Both the position numbers and the translations under genes were made by a program. DNA of 64,000 bases from an uncultured delta proteobacterium. Its GTDB lineage: Bacteria > Myxococcota > Myxococcia > Myxococcales > Myxococcaceae. How positions within the stretch are numbered: the first letter of the stretch is position 1; every line of letters begins with the position of its first letter. The notes under the pieces are model-generated. The model was not told where the DNA came from and did not search any database. It saw only the letters and a program-made list of their open reading frames with translations. The stretch covers positions 608,001 through 672,000 of the forward strand of contig CAVYSY010000032.1 of assembly GCA_963771175.1 (NCBI GenBank), given 5' to 3'. Shown piece after piece: positions 30,287 to 41,399 of this stretch.

Positions 30287-31412
30287 ATGCACATCGCCAT
30301 CCTGTACAACCGAGACCACGAGCTGTTGGAGGACGACCCGGGTCGGGAGGCGCGAGAAGACGTAACGCGCGTGGCCGCCGCGCTCTCCGAGGCCCTCTCC
30401 CGAGGCGACGTCCACGCCGAGCCGCTCGCCGTCGAGGGCTCCCGGCTGGAGTTCGTGGACCTGCTCGCTCGGATGCAGCCCGACCTGGTCATCAACCTCT
30501 GCGAGTCCATGGCCGCCGACAGCCGGGGGGAGATGATCGTTCCCTGCCTGCTGGACATGCTGGGCCTGCCCTTCACCGGCTCGCCCGCCCTGTCGCTGGG
30601 CCTGGCCCTGCACAAGGACAAGGCCAAGGAGCTGCTCCGGGCGCGCGGCGTCTCCACCCCGGGCTTCGCGCGGGTGGAGCGGCTCGAGGACGTGGGCACG
30701 GTGGACCTGCCCTTCCCCCTCATCGTCAAGCCCTCGCGCGAGGACGCCAGCGTGGGCATCAGCAACGACTCGGTGGTGCACGACCGGGCCGCCCTGGGCC
30801 GCGCGGTGGAGGCGGTGCTGCGCACCTTCCACCAGCCCGCCATCGTGGAGCAGTTCATCGCCGGGCGTGAAATCTACGTCCCGCTGCTGGGCAACCACCC
30901 GCGCCGGGCCCTGCCGCTCACGGAGATCCGCTTCGGGAAGATCTTCGAGGACCGGCCCAACATCGTCACCTACGCGGCGAAGTGGGAGACTGACCTCGGC
31001 CGACTACCAGCAGACCCCGTCGGGACTGTGCCAGCTCGAGGACCCCGCGCTGGAGGCCCGCATCGTCCAGACGGCGATGGCGGCCTTCGCCGCGCTGGAG
31101 TGCCGGGACTACGGGCGCGTGGACCTCCGGGTCTCGCCCCAGGGCGTGCCGTACGTCATCGACATCAACCCCAACTGCGACCTCCACCCCGAGGCGGGAT
31201 TCGCCAAGGCCGCGCGCGCGGCCGGCATCGACTACCCCGCCCTGGCCACACGACTGGTGGAGATCGCACTCGAGAGAACCCATGGACATCAGACCCCTCG
31301 AAGGAAAGGATCGGGAGCCACTCGCTTCGTTGATCCATCGAATCGAAACGTTCTCGCCGGAAGAAATGACGGTCGCCGTCGAGCTCGTCGATCTCGCGCT
31401 TCAGCCGAATAA
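30287..31412 (+). CDS. D-Ala-D-Ala ligase-like ATP-grasp protein (apparent frameshift near 30995)
   Basis: INLCES, PFTGS, IVKPSREDASVGI, EQFIAGRE, YGRVDLR, IDINPNCDL. Confidence 0.88.
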
Positions 31413-31750
31413 CCCCGACTACAAGATTCTCGTCGCGGACCGGGACGGGAAGCTCGTGGGCTACGTGTGCTACGGCCCCACGCCGATGACCGAGGGGACG
31501 TACGACCTGTACTGGATCGCCTCGGACCCGACGGTGCGCGGCCAGGGCGTGGGCGCCTCGCTGATCGCCGGCATGGAGGGGGACCTGCGCCGTCTGAACG
31601 CCCGCCTCATCCGCGTGGAGACGAGCGCCACCGAGGCCTACGGCCCCACCCGCGGCTTCTACGCCTCCATGAAGTACACGGAGGAGGCGCGCTATCCGCG
31701 ACTTCTACAAGGTCGGCGACGACCTGATCATGCTGACCAAGCGAATCTGA
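31282..31750 (+). CDS. GNAT family N-acetyltransferase (apparent frameshift near 31695)
   Basis: CYGPTPMT, DLYWIA, RGQGVG motif A, RVETS, DFYKVGDD in the shifted frame. Confidence 0.85.
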
Positions 31751-31786
31751 GCGGCTCCAGGTCCCCACACCGGAGCACGGTGAGTG

Positions 31787-33319
31787 ATGCGACTTCCCAG
31801 AAAAGCCCTCCTCCCGATGGGCGCCGCGCTCCTGAGCCTGGCGCTCGTGCAGTGCAAGCAGCAGGACAAGGCGCCCGAGGCCGCCCCCAGGGCCCAGACG
31901 CAACAGGTCCAGCCAGCCCCCCAGGCCCAGGCTCCGGCCGAGCGCTCCGACGTGCTCGCGGCGCGCCGGCCCCAGGGCGGCGAGTACATGGGGCTGTACC
32001 TGGTGGACAAGAAGGTGGGCTACGTCTTCACCGACGTGGCTCCCGTGCCTGACCGGACCGACCGGGTGCGCAGCATCAACGAGCTCCACTTCAAGGCCCA
32101 GGTGGGCGCGCGAATCTCCGAGCGCATCCACCGAGAGGAGCGCATCTACGAGGCCCGGCCCGGCGGGAGGCTCGTGGCCTTCACCATCGAGCAGCGCGGG
32201 GACGGCGGCAACCAGACGCTGGTGGGCACCGCCACGCCCACCGGAATGAGCGTGGTGCGCAAGCGTCCGGGGATGCCGAACGAGACGGTGAACCTGCCGC
32301 CCACCACGGAGGTGGTGGAGGACGCCGACCAGGTCCGCGTGGCGCTGCTGCGCCAGAAGAAGGTGGACGGCCACGCGCTGGATGGGACGGACCTCGGCAC
32401 CTACCCGGTCAGCACCACGGTGGAGGGCACGGAGGAGCGGCTCATCAGCGGGGTGAAGGTGAAGCTGGGAAAGACCGTCACCCTCTCGCAGAAGGAGAAG
32501 GTGCCCGTCACCACCTACGTGACCGACGACGGGCAGGTGCTGGAGGTGCAGTTCGGCGAGACGATGCAGGCCCGCGCCGAGCCCGAGACGGTGGCGAAGC
32601 GGCTGGACCTGGTGGAGGTGTTCGGCCTCACCCGCGTGGTGCTGCCCAAGGCGCTGCCGGAGCAGGCGCACGCCATTCCCGGGCAGGTGACGCTGGTGAT
32701 GACGAACCTGCCGGAGAAGTTCCATCGCGACACCTACCGGCAGAAGTACCAGCGGCAGCCGGACGGGCGCGTGCAGGTGACGATGTCCGCGCGAGCCCCC
32801 GAGCCGAAGAACCTCAAGCCCCGGCCGCTCGCCGACCCCGAGGGCGGTGAGAACCTCAAGTCCTCCATCATCGTCGAGAGCGACAGCCAGCAGATCCGCG
32901 AGCAGGCGGAGCAGCTCGTAGGCGGCGAGAAGGACGCCTACTCGGCGGCGAAGAAGATCGTCACCTGGGTGGCGACCACGCTGCAGAAGGACTACGGGGC
33001 GAGCGCGGACCGGGCCACGGACGTGCTGCGCCAGCGCAAGGGGGACTGCACGGAGCACTCGCTGCTGGCGGTGTCGCTGCTGCGCGCGGCCGGCATCCCC
33101 GCTCGGCGCGTGGACGGCGTCGTCTACATGGTGAACCAGGACGGCGTGCCCGCGCTGTACTGGCACGAGTGGGTGGAGGCCTATGTGGGCGAGTGGACCC
33201 AGATGGACCCCACCTTCAACCAGGTGGTCGCGGATGCTACCCACTTCGGCGTGGGCCACGAGGCGAACGCGGAGATCACCCCCCTCATCGGCCAGCTCAA
33301 GGTCGTCGAGGTGAAGTAG
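31787..33319 (+). CDS. Transglutaminase-like domain lipoprotein
   Basis: Lipobox LVQC; GDCTEH, HEWVE, MDPT catalytic Cys-His-Asp triad. Confidence 0.88.
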   Translation: MRLPRKALLPMGAALLSLALVQCKQQDKAPEAAPRAQTQQVQPAPQAQAPAERSDVLAARRPQGGEYMGLYLVDKKVGYVFTDVAPVPDRTDRVRSINELHFKAQVGARISERIHREERIYEARPGGRLVAFTIEQRGDGGNQTLVGTATPTGMSVVRKRPGMPNETVNLPPTTEVVEDADQVRVALLRQKKVDGHALDGTDLGTYPVSTTVEGTEERLISGVKVKLGKTVTLSQKEKVPVTTYVTDDGQVLEVQFGETMQARAEPETVAKRLDLVEVFGLTRVVLPKALPEQAHAIPGQVTLVMTNLPEKFHRDTYRQKYQRQPDGRVQVTMSARAPEPKNLKPRPLADPEGGENLKSSIIVESDSQQIREQAEQLVGGEKDAYSAAKKIVTWVATTLQKDYGASADRATDVLRQRKGDCTEHSLLAVSLLRAAGIPARRVDGVVYMVNQDGVPALYWHEWVEAYVGEWTQMDPTFNQVVADATHFGVGHEANAEITPLIGQLKVVEVK

Positions 33320-33369
33320 GACCGGGCCTTGGGGACCCCCTTTGCAAGACGTTCGGAAGTCGACTATTC

Positions 33370-33404
33370 AACCCCCGTCTTTGTGACATTTGGATGGGGG
33401 TTTT
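33370..33404 (+). terminator. Hairpin after the transglutaminase gene overlapping the next gene's RBS region
   Basis: AACCCCCGTC-N13-GATGGGGGTT followed by TT. Confidence 0.4.
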
Positions 33405-33405
33405 C

Positions 33406-34680
33406 GTGAACAAGTTGACTCAGAAGTTCCTGGTGGTCTCGCTGCTTGCCCTCGCGGGTTGTGAGCATGAGGCCAACAGCGGCCGGCTCGTGGGCTTCAT
33501 CGTGGATGGCCAGACCGGGCAGCGGCTGAACTTCTTCCAGAAGGACGGCAACAAGAACAACCTGGACGACGACGCGGACAGCCAGAGCCAGGTGTACGCG
33601 GTCATCGACGGCGAGTTCCGTCGCGCGGAGCCGTGCGGCAGCGGCGACGCGAATGACGACAACGGTATCGAGGCGGATGGGTGCTACCAGATCGATGGCA
33701 TCCCCGAGGGGATGATCGTCCCCATCTTCGCGCAGGCCCCGGGCTATGAGCGGTTCGTGGGGCAGTTCTCGTACCCCCTGCTCGACACGGACCAGGAGCG
33801 CGCGCAGCACGTGGGGAACATTCGGCTGTTCCCCAAGGGCTTCGCGATGGACTACCGGTTCAACGTGTCCTTCAACAACCAGCCGGTCGCCAAGGCCCAG
33901 GTCATCTGCCAGTACCTGAACGAGAGCAGCAACTCGCTGAGCGTGGTGGGCGACTTCGACAGCTTCCTCAAGCCGAAGAACACCGGCACCACCACGGTCA
34001 CCGCCACCTCGGGTGATGACGGCGTGGCGGTCATCCCGGGCGCGCAGCTCGTCAATGGCGCCGCCTACCACTGCGAGGCGGTGCTGAGCGAGGCCCTCGA
34101 CGGGCGGACGCTGGCGGGCCAGGGCGACATCACGGCCGGTGTGAGCCAGGCCGAGCAGCGGATGGCCCTGGCGGCCAATACCGCGACGGACTCCTACCTC
34201 TACGCCGTGCGCTCCAACGCGGACAACGCCGACACGCTGATGGGCGGGAATGGCAAGCTCGTCATCAGCTTCAACCGTCCGGTGGAGATCGTCCCGGGTA
34301 CGGTTGACTGCCAGGTGGCCACCGCGAGCATTCTCTACCCGGACGGCGACACCACGACCGGCCTGCTCAACGGGAACAACCCAAACAACAATGCATCGGA
34401 GCAGGTCACGACTGACCTTTCCGCCGATGGGCTCACGCTGACGGTGGGATTCAAGGCGGAGTCCGCGTTCGACCCGGATGACCGGGGAACCTCCATCGCC
34501 TTCAGCGGCATCGTGCTGCGCCCGCGCGGCAGCGGCGACACCCAGCAGGTGCGCAGCATCGGTGGCGTGGGCACCTGCTCGGCGGCCGCTGGGCTCTCGA
34601 CGACGCCTCTGGCGAATCAGCGTCTCACCACGGATTACCGCTTCCCCGAGGACCAGCCCAGCACCATCAATCTCTACTAG
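33406..34680 (+). CDS. Hypothetical beta-rich lipoprotein (carboxypeptidase-regulatory/Ig-like domains)
   Basis: Lipobox LAGC; DGCYQIDGIP, APGYE, ISFNRPV motifs typical of beta-sandwich domains. Confidence 0.7.
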   Translation: MNKLTQKFLVVSLLALAGCEHEANSGRLVGFIVDGQTGQRLNFFQKDGNKNNLDDDADSQSQVYAVIDGEFRRAEPCGSGDANDDNGIEADGCYQIDGIPEGMIVPIFAQAPGYERFVGQFSYPLLDTDQERAQHVGNIRLFPKGFAMDYRFNVSFNNQPVAKAQVICQYLNESSNSLSVVGDFDSFLKPKNTGTTTVTATSGDDGVAVIPGAQLVNGAAYHCEAVLSEALDGRTLAGQGDITAGVSQAEQRMALAANTATDSYLYAVRSNADNADTLMGGNGKLVISFNRPVEIVPGTVDCQVATASILYPDGDTTTGLLNGNNPNNNASEQVTTDLSADGLTLTVGFKAESAFDPDDRGTSIAFSGIVLRPRGSGDTQQVRSIGGVGTCSAAAGLSTTPLANQRLTTDYRFPEDQPSTINLY

Positions 34681-34698
34681 AGCCATTGATGCTGTCCC

Positions 34699-34734
34699 GG
34701 GGCGAGCATGCATTCCATGCTCGCCCCTTTTTTT
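34699..34734 (+). terminator. Rho-independent terminator
   Basis: GGGGCGAGCATG-CATTC-CATGCTCGCCCC perfect 12-bp stem followed by T7. Confidence 0.9.
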
Positions 34735-35142
34735 GCGGCATAGCTCATGCCGAGCATTTCCATGAACTGCGTCAGCTTCCCTTCAAGCAGGTCCGTGAAG
34801 GAGCAGCGCTGAGCATCCTGTCCTCTGCCCTGCTGATGGCTGGCCCGCCGGTCCTGATCAGCTGGATGCGAAGGACAGACCGTCTCACATGACGGACGCC
34901 AGTATGCGATCCGGGATACATCTTGGGTCTCTTGGCCGCGTAAAGGCGCGAAATAACAGGGGCGTGGTACTGGCGTCCGAATTGCTGAGCCCCGGACAGC
35001 CGCACTCCAGCGGCCAGCCCGCAAGCACCTTCACCGAGGTTTGCGAACAACCTTCGGCCGCCTCGGCCAGCTCCGGTCTTGCGTGGTCTCACCCACTGCG
35101 CAGGTCCGCTTCTTCTTGAACCCACTTCAAGGAGCATACGCA

Positions 35143-36867
35143 ATGCGTTTGAAGCTGTTATTGCCACTCATCGTTACGGCGACTCTTGGACAAGCATGTA
35201 TCGAATTGCCTGATATCGACAGTCCAAGCAATGCGGGAGGAGACAACCCGAGCAATGATGACGATGCGGGAACAACGCCCCAGAAGCACCCACCTGAAGT
35301 GATGGAAACCCGCCAAACAGCCAATTCGATTCCAGGTGGAGGTATCATCACCCTCCGCATCGGTGCTCGGGACCCACAGGACAGCTTGCTCGGTTTTTCG
35401 TGGGAAGCCAGCGCTGGAACGCTCGGCGCTCAAGCGAGCACCGCGACCTCCAGCGAAGTGGGTTGGACGGCACCGACCTGTGGCTCCTCGCCCCTCCGAA
35501 GCAACAGCCACCATCACGGCCACCGTAACCAACGCACTGGGCCTATCCATCACCAAGAGCTTCAACGTCAAGGGGACCTGCTACTCGCCGGAGATCGCAG
35601 AAACCCAACAGTCGGCCCTCGGTCGCATCGGACGGAGCAACGGTCACGCTTCAGTCTCACCGCGCGTGACCCCCAGAGCAGTGCGCTCAGCTTCTCGTGG
35701 CGTTCCACTGGCGGAAGCCTCGGCACTCCGACAAGCACAAACACCGTCAGCGAGATTATTTGGGCAGCGCCGACCTGCAGTTCTTCATCTCCGAAGGCAA
35801 GCGACCACGACCATCACGGGTCACGGTAACCAACGCACTGGGCCTCTCCACGTCTGCGAGTTTCAACGTCACGGCCACTTGTCCGAGGTGGCTCCCAACC
35901 CCCGTCATGGCCTCGGCTCGCGCTGCAGCCACACGGCCACCCTGCTCTCATCAGGGAAGGTACTCGTAACGGGCGGAGCCGCGAACATCGCTACGGCAGA
36001 GCTATACGACCCGACCACCGGCACATGGTCTTCCACCAAGCAGCATGGCCTCCGCTCGTTCCTTTCACGCCGCCACCCTGCTCAATTCTGGCAAGGTACT
36101 GGTCACAGGCGGGACCAGCGATGGCACAACCTTCCTGCAAACGGCGGAGGTGTATGACCCTGCTACTGGCACCTGGTCATCCACTGGCAGCATGGCTTCT
36201 GCCCGTTATCGCCACACCTCCACTTTGCTGCCCTCAGGTAAGGTGCTGGTCACGGGCGGATACAGAGGCAGTGGCGACCGCAACTGCAGCGGAAATATAC
36301 GATCCCAGCACTGGCAGTTGGGCTTCTGCTGGCAACATGACCGCAATACGCACTGGGCACACCGCTACCGTTCTCAACTCTGGCGAAGTGTTAGTGGCTG
36401 GTTACGGCTCGGCGGATTTGTATAACCCGACTACCGGCACATGGAAGCCCACTCCCACCCGAATGGTCTTCGATCGCAACGGCCACACCGCCACCCTACT
36501 ACCCTCGGGCACTGGTACTCGTGACGGGTGGAGAATCAGCGGCAGCAGCAATCTCTCCACAGCAGAGGTGTATGACCCAACCACTGGAATCTGGACCTCT
36601 ACCGGTAGCATGGCGTCCGTACGAGCCTATCACACCGCCATATTGCTTCCCTCAGGCAAGGTACTGGTAACAGGTGGATCCCAAGATTCGGGCGGTGCCG
36701 ACAAAGTCGCCACGGTGGAGTTGTATGACCCAACCACTGGCACCTGGTCTTCCACAGTCAGCATGTTGGCGGCCCGTTCGCGTCACACCGCCACCCTGCT
36801 GCACTCGAATAACGTGCTAGTCGCTGGCAGCAGCAACAATCCCATGGCTGAAGTCTACGAGCCTTGA
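35143..36867 (+). CDS. Kelch-repeat lipoprotein with two N-terminal Ig/PKD-like repeats (several apparent frameshifts)
   Basis: AAGGAG RBS; lipobox GQAC; duplicated ARDPQ..L.FSW...G.LG...WxAPTC; six [16 protein letters not shown]...AExYDP repeats. Confidence 0.85.
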
Positions 36868-36946
36868 TTCTCGCCCTGAACCCAGAGGGCGGCGAGTCCT
36901 GCGGAACTTCAGCTATCGCATCCGCTGCTGGACAAGAGCCATGCCA

Positions 36947-39088
36947 TCAGGGTGTGGCTCTTGTCGCTCGAGCGCGGTCATGACCGCATGTGCTCAACAC
37001 CCCGCTGGACACCAGGGCCAACTTCTTCGCGAGCTCGCCCGTCTCCGTGATGGGCGGCTCGCAGGCGAAGTGGCGGCACAGGTACGCGGCTCCCCGGCTG
37101 CCCACCGGCTCGCGTCCCTCGAAATTCTCGCACATCGACGGTGGCACCGGCGCTCCCGGCTCCTTCCAGGCGAAGCCGAACGTGGGGGCGTAGGTCGTCC
37201 GTGTCACCGCCAGCAGCGGCGCCACTGCTTCTCGCGTCCCCGCGAAGGTGACGCTCGGCGCTCCCTCCACCAGTGCGTCCGCGGCCATGCCCAGGTGCCC
37301 GTAGCCCATCGGGTTCTCCCGGAGCTGGTCCCGCATCCGTGACACGTAGCTCTCCGGCAGGTCCAGGTACTTCTTGTTCCCCGTGAGTGCCGCCAGCGCC
37401 ACCTGCGCCTCCGTCAGCGTCGAGGCCCCCGAGGGGAAGGCGTTGTCGAACGTCGCGTAATTGGCCACCACCAGGTCCTGCTGCCCCACCGGTGCCGTCA
37501 GATAGGCCTGCTTCCGTGCATCCCAGAAGTGCGCCTCCGCCACCTTCACCAGCGCCTCCGCCGCCTCCAGGTACTTCGGCTCGAAGGTGGCCTGGTACAG
37601 CGCGGTGAGTCCCGCGGCCAGGTCTCCGTAGTCCTCGATGAAGCCAGGAATGCGCGCCTGCCCCTCCTGGTACGAGCGCCGCAGGTTCTGTCCGTCCCAC
37701 AGCTCCTTCAGGACGAAGTCCGCTGAACGCCTCGCCAGCGCCACCCAGTCCGCTCGGTCGAAGACGCGCCCCGCGAAGGCCAGGCCCCGAATCATCAGCC
37801 CGTTCCACCCCGCGAGGATCTTCTCGTCCCGCCCTGGCTTCACCCGCTTCTCCCGCGCCTCGAAGAGCCGGCGGCGTGCCTCGCTCAGTCGGCGCTCCAC
37901 TTCCTCCACCGGGAGCTGCAAGTCCCTCGCGAGCTCCTCCACCGAGACCACCGCCTCCAGCACCGTGGCACCGTGCTCGAAGTTGCCTCCCGGGGTGATG
38001 CGGAAGTGGCGCAGCGCCACCTCGGCCAGCTCGGGCGGGAGCACCTCGCGCACCTGCTCGGGCTTCCAGACGAAGAACTTCCCCTCCTCGCCCTCGCTGT
38101 CCGCGTCCTGGGTGGCGTAGAAGCCGCCGCGCGCGTCCGTCATCTCGCGCCGCACGTACTCCGCCGTCTCCTCCACCACCTTGCGCCACAGCGGCCGCGG
38201 CTCCACCTGGTACGCCTCCGTGTACAGGTGCAGCAGTTGCGCGTTGTCGTACAGCATCTTCTCGAAGTGCGGCACCGTCCACCGCTCGTCCACCGAGTAG
38301 CGGTGGAAGCCGCCTCCGAGCTGATCGTAGATGCCGCCCCTCGCCATCCGCTCCAGCGTCAGCAGCACCGCCTTCTTCAGCGCCTCGTTGCCACTGTTGC
38401 GCCTCCAGGCCCGCAGCAGGATCGCCACGTTCATCGGGTTGGGAAACTTGGGCGCTCCGCCAAAACCTCCGTTCACCCCGTCCACCCGGCGCAGCATGGA
38501 CTCGCCCATCGCCACGATGTCCTCGGCCTTCAGCGCCGACGGAGCCGCGTCCAGGCCGTAGCTGGCCAGCTCGCCCAGCCCCTCGCGGAACTCCTCCGAC
38601 TGGCGCCGCACGTCGTCCCGCTTCGTCTCCCAGGCGTTGTGCAGCGCCTCCAGCACCTTCGGGAAGCCCGGCCTCCCGTACTTGTCCTTCGGCGGGAAGT
38701 ACGTGCCTCCGTAGAAGGGCAGCAGTTCCGGCGTCAGGAACACCGTCAGCGGCCACCCGCCTCCCTGCCCCATGAGCTGCACCACGCCCTGGTAGATTTG
38801 ATCCACATCCGGCCGCTCCTCGCGGTCCACCTTCACGTTGATGAACCACTCGTTCATCAACCGGGCGATGGCCGGGTCCTCGAAGGACTCGTGGGCCATC
38901 ACGTGGCACCAGTGGCAGGCCGAGTAGCCCACCGACAGGAGGATGGGCTTGTTCTCCGCCCGGGCCCGCGCGAAGGCCTCGTCACCCCAGGCGTACCAGT
39001 CCACCGGGTTGCTGGCGTGCTGCCGCAGATAGGGCGAGGGCTCTCTCGCGAGGCGGTTTCGCGCACCGGACGACGGCGTCTGGGCCAT
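36947..39088 (-). CDS. Thioredoxin domain-containing protein, YyaL/SSP411 family
   Basis: [52 protein letters not shown]. Confidence 0.95.
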   Translation of the reverse strand: MAQTPSSGARNRLAREPSPYLRQHASNPVDWYAWGDEAFARARAENKPILLSVGYSACHWCHVMAHESFEDPAIARLMNEWFINVKVDREERPDVDQIYQGVVQLMGQGGGWPLTVFLTPELLPFYGGTYFPPKDKYGRPGFPKVLEALHNAWETKRDDVRRQSEEFREGLGELASYGLDAAPSALKAEDIVAMGESMLRRVDGVNGGFGGAPKFPNPMNVAILLRAWRRNSGNEALKKAVLLTLERMARGGIYDQLGGGFHRYSVDERWTVPHFEKMLYDNAQLLHLYTEAYQVEPRPLWRKVVEETAEYVRREMTDARGGFYATQDADSEGEEGKFFVWKPEQVREVLPPELAEVALRHFRITPGGNFEHGATVLEAVVSVEELARDLQLPVEEVERRLSEARRRLFEAREKRVKPGRDEKILAGWNGLMIRGLAFAGRVFDRADWVALARRSADFVLKELWDGQNLRRSYQEGQARIPGFIEDYGDLAAGLTALYQATFEPKYLEAAEALVKVAEAHFWDARKQAYLTAPVGQQDLVVANYATFDNAFPSGASTLTEAQVALAALTGNKKYLDLPESYVSRMRDQLRENPMGYGHLGMAADALVEGAPSVTFAGTREAVAPLLAVTRTTYAPTFGFAWKEPGAPVPPSMCENFEGREPVGSRGAAYLCRHFACEPPITETGELAKKLALVSSGVLSTCGHDRARATRATP

Positions 39089-39250
39089 GGGGCTCTCCTG
39101 GCGTGGGGGGAAGGACGGGGTGAGATAAGGGACACCGACAGCGCGGGCAAGCTTCTCCAAGGGTATGTGTCCCCCGGTACGATGCGGAGCGTTCAGGGAC
39201 GGGCAGAAACAGGCTGGGCAAAGGCCCGCAAGTGCGCTTTGTCCAGGGAC

Positions 39251-40609
39251 GTGGTCGACCCCCGCCCCACCCGAGTCCCCTCCCCCGTGACGCTCAGCCT
39301 CGTGCTGCTGGTGCTGAGCGCCGGAGTGCGGCTCGTGCTCGCGCTGGGCACGGACGTCTACTTCGACGAGGCCTACTACTGGCAGTGGGGCCGGCACCTC
39401 GACTGGGGCTACTACGACCACCCGCCTCTGGTGGCCTGGCTCATCGCCGCGCTCGGCATCCGGCTCTCGGCCCTGCTGTGTGGAGCGGGGACCGTCGCCG
39501 CCGTGTGGGGGCTCGCTCGCGACGTGTATGGCGACCACTCGGCGGCCTGGCGCGCGGCCGCGCTGTGGAGCGTGGTGCCCGCGGGCATCGTCGCCGGCGT
39601 ATGGGCCACCCCGGACACGCCCCTGCTGCTCTGCTGGGCGCTCGCGCTGTGGGCGCTGTATCGCGAGCGGTGGGTGCTGGCGGGGCTCGCCTGTGGGCTG
39701 GCGCTGCTGTCCAAGTACCCGGGCGTGCTGCTCTCCGTGGCCTTCGTCGCCGCCTGCGTGCGCGCACGCCGCCTGCCCGCCGGAGCGTGGCTCACCGCGC
39801 TCCTCGGGGTGCTCCTCTTCCTGCCCGTGGTGCTGTGGAACGCGCGGCATGAGTGGGTGGGCTTCGCCTTCCAGCTCAAGCACGGCCTCGGAGGCACGGG
39901 CGGGTGGCGCACCTTCGGCGAGTTCCTCGCGGGCCAACTCGCGCTCGGTGGCGCGGTGCTGCTCCCGCTGACACTCGTGTACGTCTTCCGAGGCCCCCGC
40001 GAGCAGTTCCTCCTGCGCGCGGCGGCGCTCGCTCCCCTCCTCCTGTTCGGCTACGCCGCCCTCCGCACCCGAGGCGAGGCCAACTGGCCAGCGGCCGCGT
40101 ACCTCTCCGCGTGCGTGGGCATCGCCGGCATGCGCCCCGGGTGGTTCCGCGCCGCGGCCCTCGCCAACCTCGCCGTGGTGCTCGCGGTGGGCTCACACCT
40201 GCTCTTCCCCGTGCTGCGCTTCCAGCGCGACGTCCTCCTCGCGCGCACCCACGGGTGGGCGGAACTGGCGCAGCTCGGAGAGACCTCCCAGCTCTTCCCC
40301 GGCCTCACGCGCGAGGACGTGGCCGTGGTGTACGCACCCAGCTACCAGCTCGCCTCCGAGGTGGCGTACTACGCCCGGTTGCCCGTGGACACGGCAGGCG
40401 GGGCCCGCCGCAGCCAGTACGACCTCTGGCCGAAGCCGCCAGTGGCACCGGGGCAGGATGTGCTGTGGCTCTCCGAGGGCCGGGAGCCTCCCGAGGAGCT
40501 GGTCGCTCGCTTCTCCTCGGTGGAGGGGCCGGTGGTGCTGCCCGCCGACTTCCGCGGGCGACTCGTCCACACCTTCTCCGTCTGGCGCCTGCGCGACGCG
40601 AAGCCCTGA
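39251..40609 (+). CDS. ArnT/PMT-like (GT39/GT83) membrane glycosyltransferase
   Basis: [26 protein letters not shown] motifs and multiple TM segments. Confidence 0.88.
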   Translation: MVDPRPTRVPSPVTLSLVLLVLSAGVRLVLALGTDVYFDEAYYWQWGRHLDWGYYDHPPLVAWLIAALGIRLSALLCGAGTVAAVWGLARDVYGDHSAAWRAAALWSVVPAGIVAGVWATPDTPLLLCWALALWALYRERWVLAGLACGLALLSKYPGVLLSVAFVAACVRARRLPAGAWLTALLGVLLFLPVVLWNARHEWVGFAFQLKHGLGGTGGWRTFGEFLAGQLALGGAVLLPLTLVYVFRGPREQFLLRAAALAPLLLFGYAALRTRGEANWPAAAYLSACVGIAGMRPGWFRAAALANLAVVLAVGSHLLFPVLRFQRDVLLARTHGWAELAQLGETSQLFPGLTREDVAVVYAPSYQLASEVAYYARLPVDTAGGARRSQYDLWPKPPVAPGQDVLWLSEGREPPEELVARFSSVEGPVVLPADFRGRLVHTFSVWRLRDAKP

Positions 40610-40673
40610 GGACCCGGAGGCAAGAAGACCGAGGCGGGGAGACAGGTTCAAAGCCTGTCTCCCTGGCCAGCAT

Positions 40674-41399
40674 TCAGTACGCCTCGGCCGGACTCTCCCA
40701 GGCCGCCGAGCTGGACGGCTTCTCCGCGCGGCTCGACGTCAGCTCCGCGAGCATCCGCTCCCCCTCCAGCTCATCGATGGGGGTGAAGCGCTCGAGGTCC
40801 GGGCGGTAGGCATGCACCCGCGCGTTGCCGATGTCGAACCACCAGCCGTGCAGTCGCAGGGTGCCCGCCGCCAGGCGCTCGCGCACCAGGGGATAGGAGC
40901 GCAGGTGCTCGATCTGCTGCAGCACGTTGAGCTGGCTGAGCCGGTCCGCCGGAGGCAGCCCCTCGCCCACCTTTCCACCGCGCTCGAAGGCGGCCAGGGC
41001 GGGGCGGCCCACGTCCAGCCAGCTGCTGAGGTTGGGAGTCTTCTGGTCGTTGTACCCCGCCAGCACCGCCTTCATGGCGCCGCAGCCGGAGTGCCCGCAC
41101 ACCACGATGTCCTTCACCGGCAGGCTCAGCAGGGAGAACTCCAGGGCCGCCGCCTCGGAGCGGTCGCTCAGCGACAGGCCCGCCGCGTCCGAGGGCGGCA
41201 CCATGTTGCCCACGTTGCGCATGACGAAGAGGTCACCCGGGTTGGTGGACGCGAAGAGGTTGGGCACCACGCGGCTGTCGGAGCAGGCAATGAAGAGACA
41301 GTCGGGGGACTGTCCATGGGCCAGGCGCGCGAAGGTGGCGCGGTAGGCGGGAAAGCCGTGACGCTGGAAATCGAGGAGACCCTGAACGAGCTTCTTCAT
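40674..41399 (-). CDS. Beta-class carbonic anhydrase
   Basis: GQSP, CSDSR, RNVGN, GHSGCGAM zinc ligands. Confidence 0.95.
   Translation of the reverse strand: MKKLVQGLLDFQRHGFPAYRATFARLAHGQSPDCLFIACSDSRVVPNLFASTNPGDLFVMRNVGNMVPPSDAAGLSLSDRSEAAALEFSLLSLPVKDIVVCGHSGCGAMKAVLAGYNDQKTPNLSSWLDVGRPALAAFERGGKVGEGLPPADRLSQLNVLQQIEHLRSYPLVRERLAAGTLRLHGWWFDIGNARVHAYRPDLERFTPIDELEGERMLAELTSSRAEKPSSSAAWESPAEAY

Noticed and set aside
33331..33346. GGGGACC-N4-TTGCA as a sigma-54 promoter
   Set aside because: Poor -24 element and no supporting evidence.
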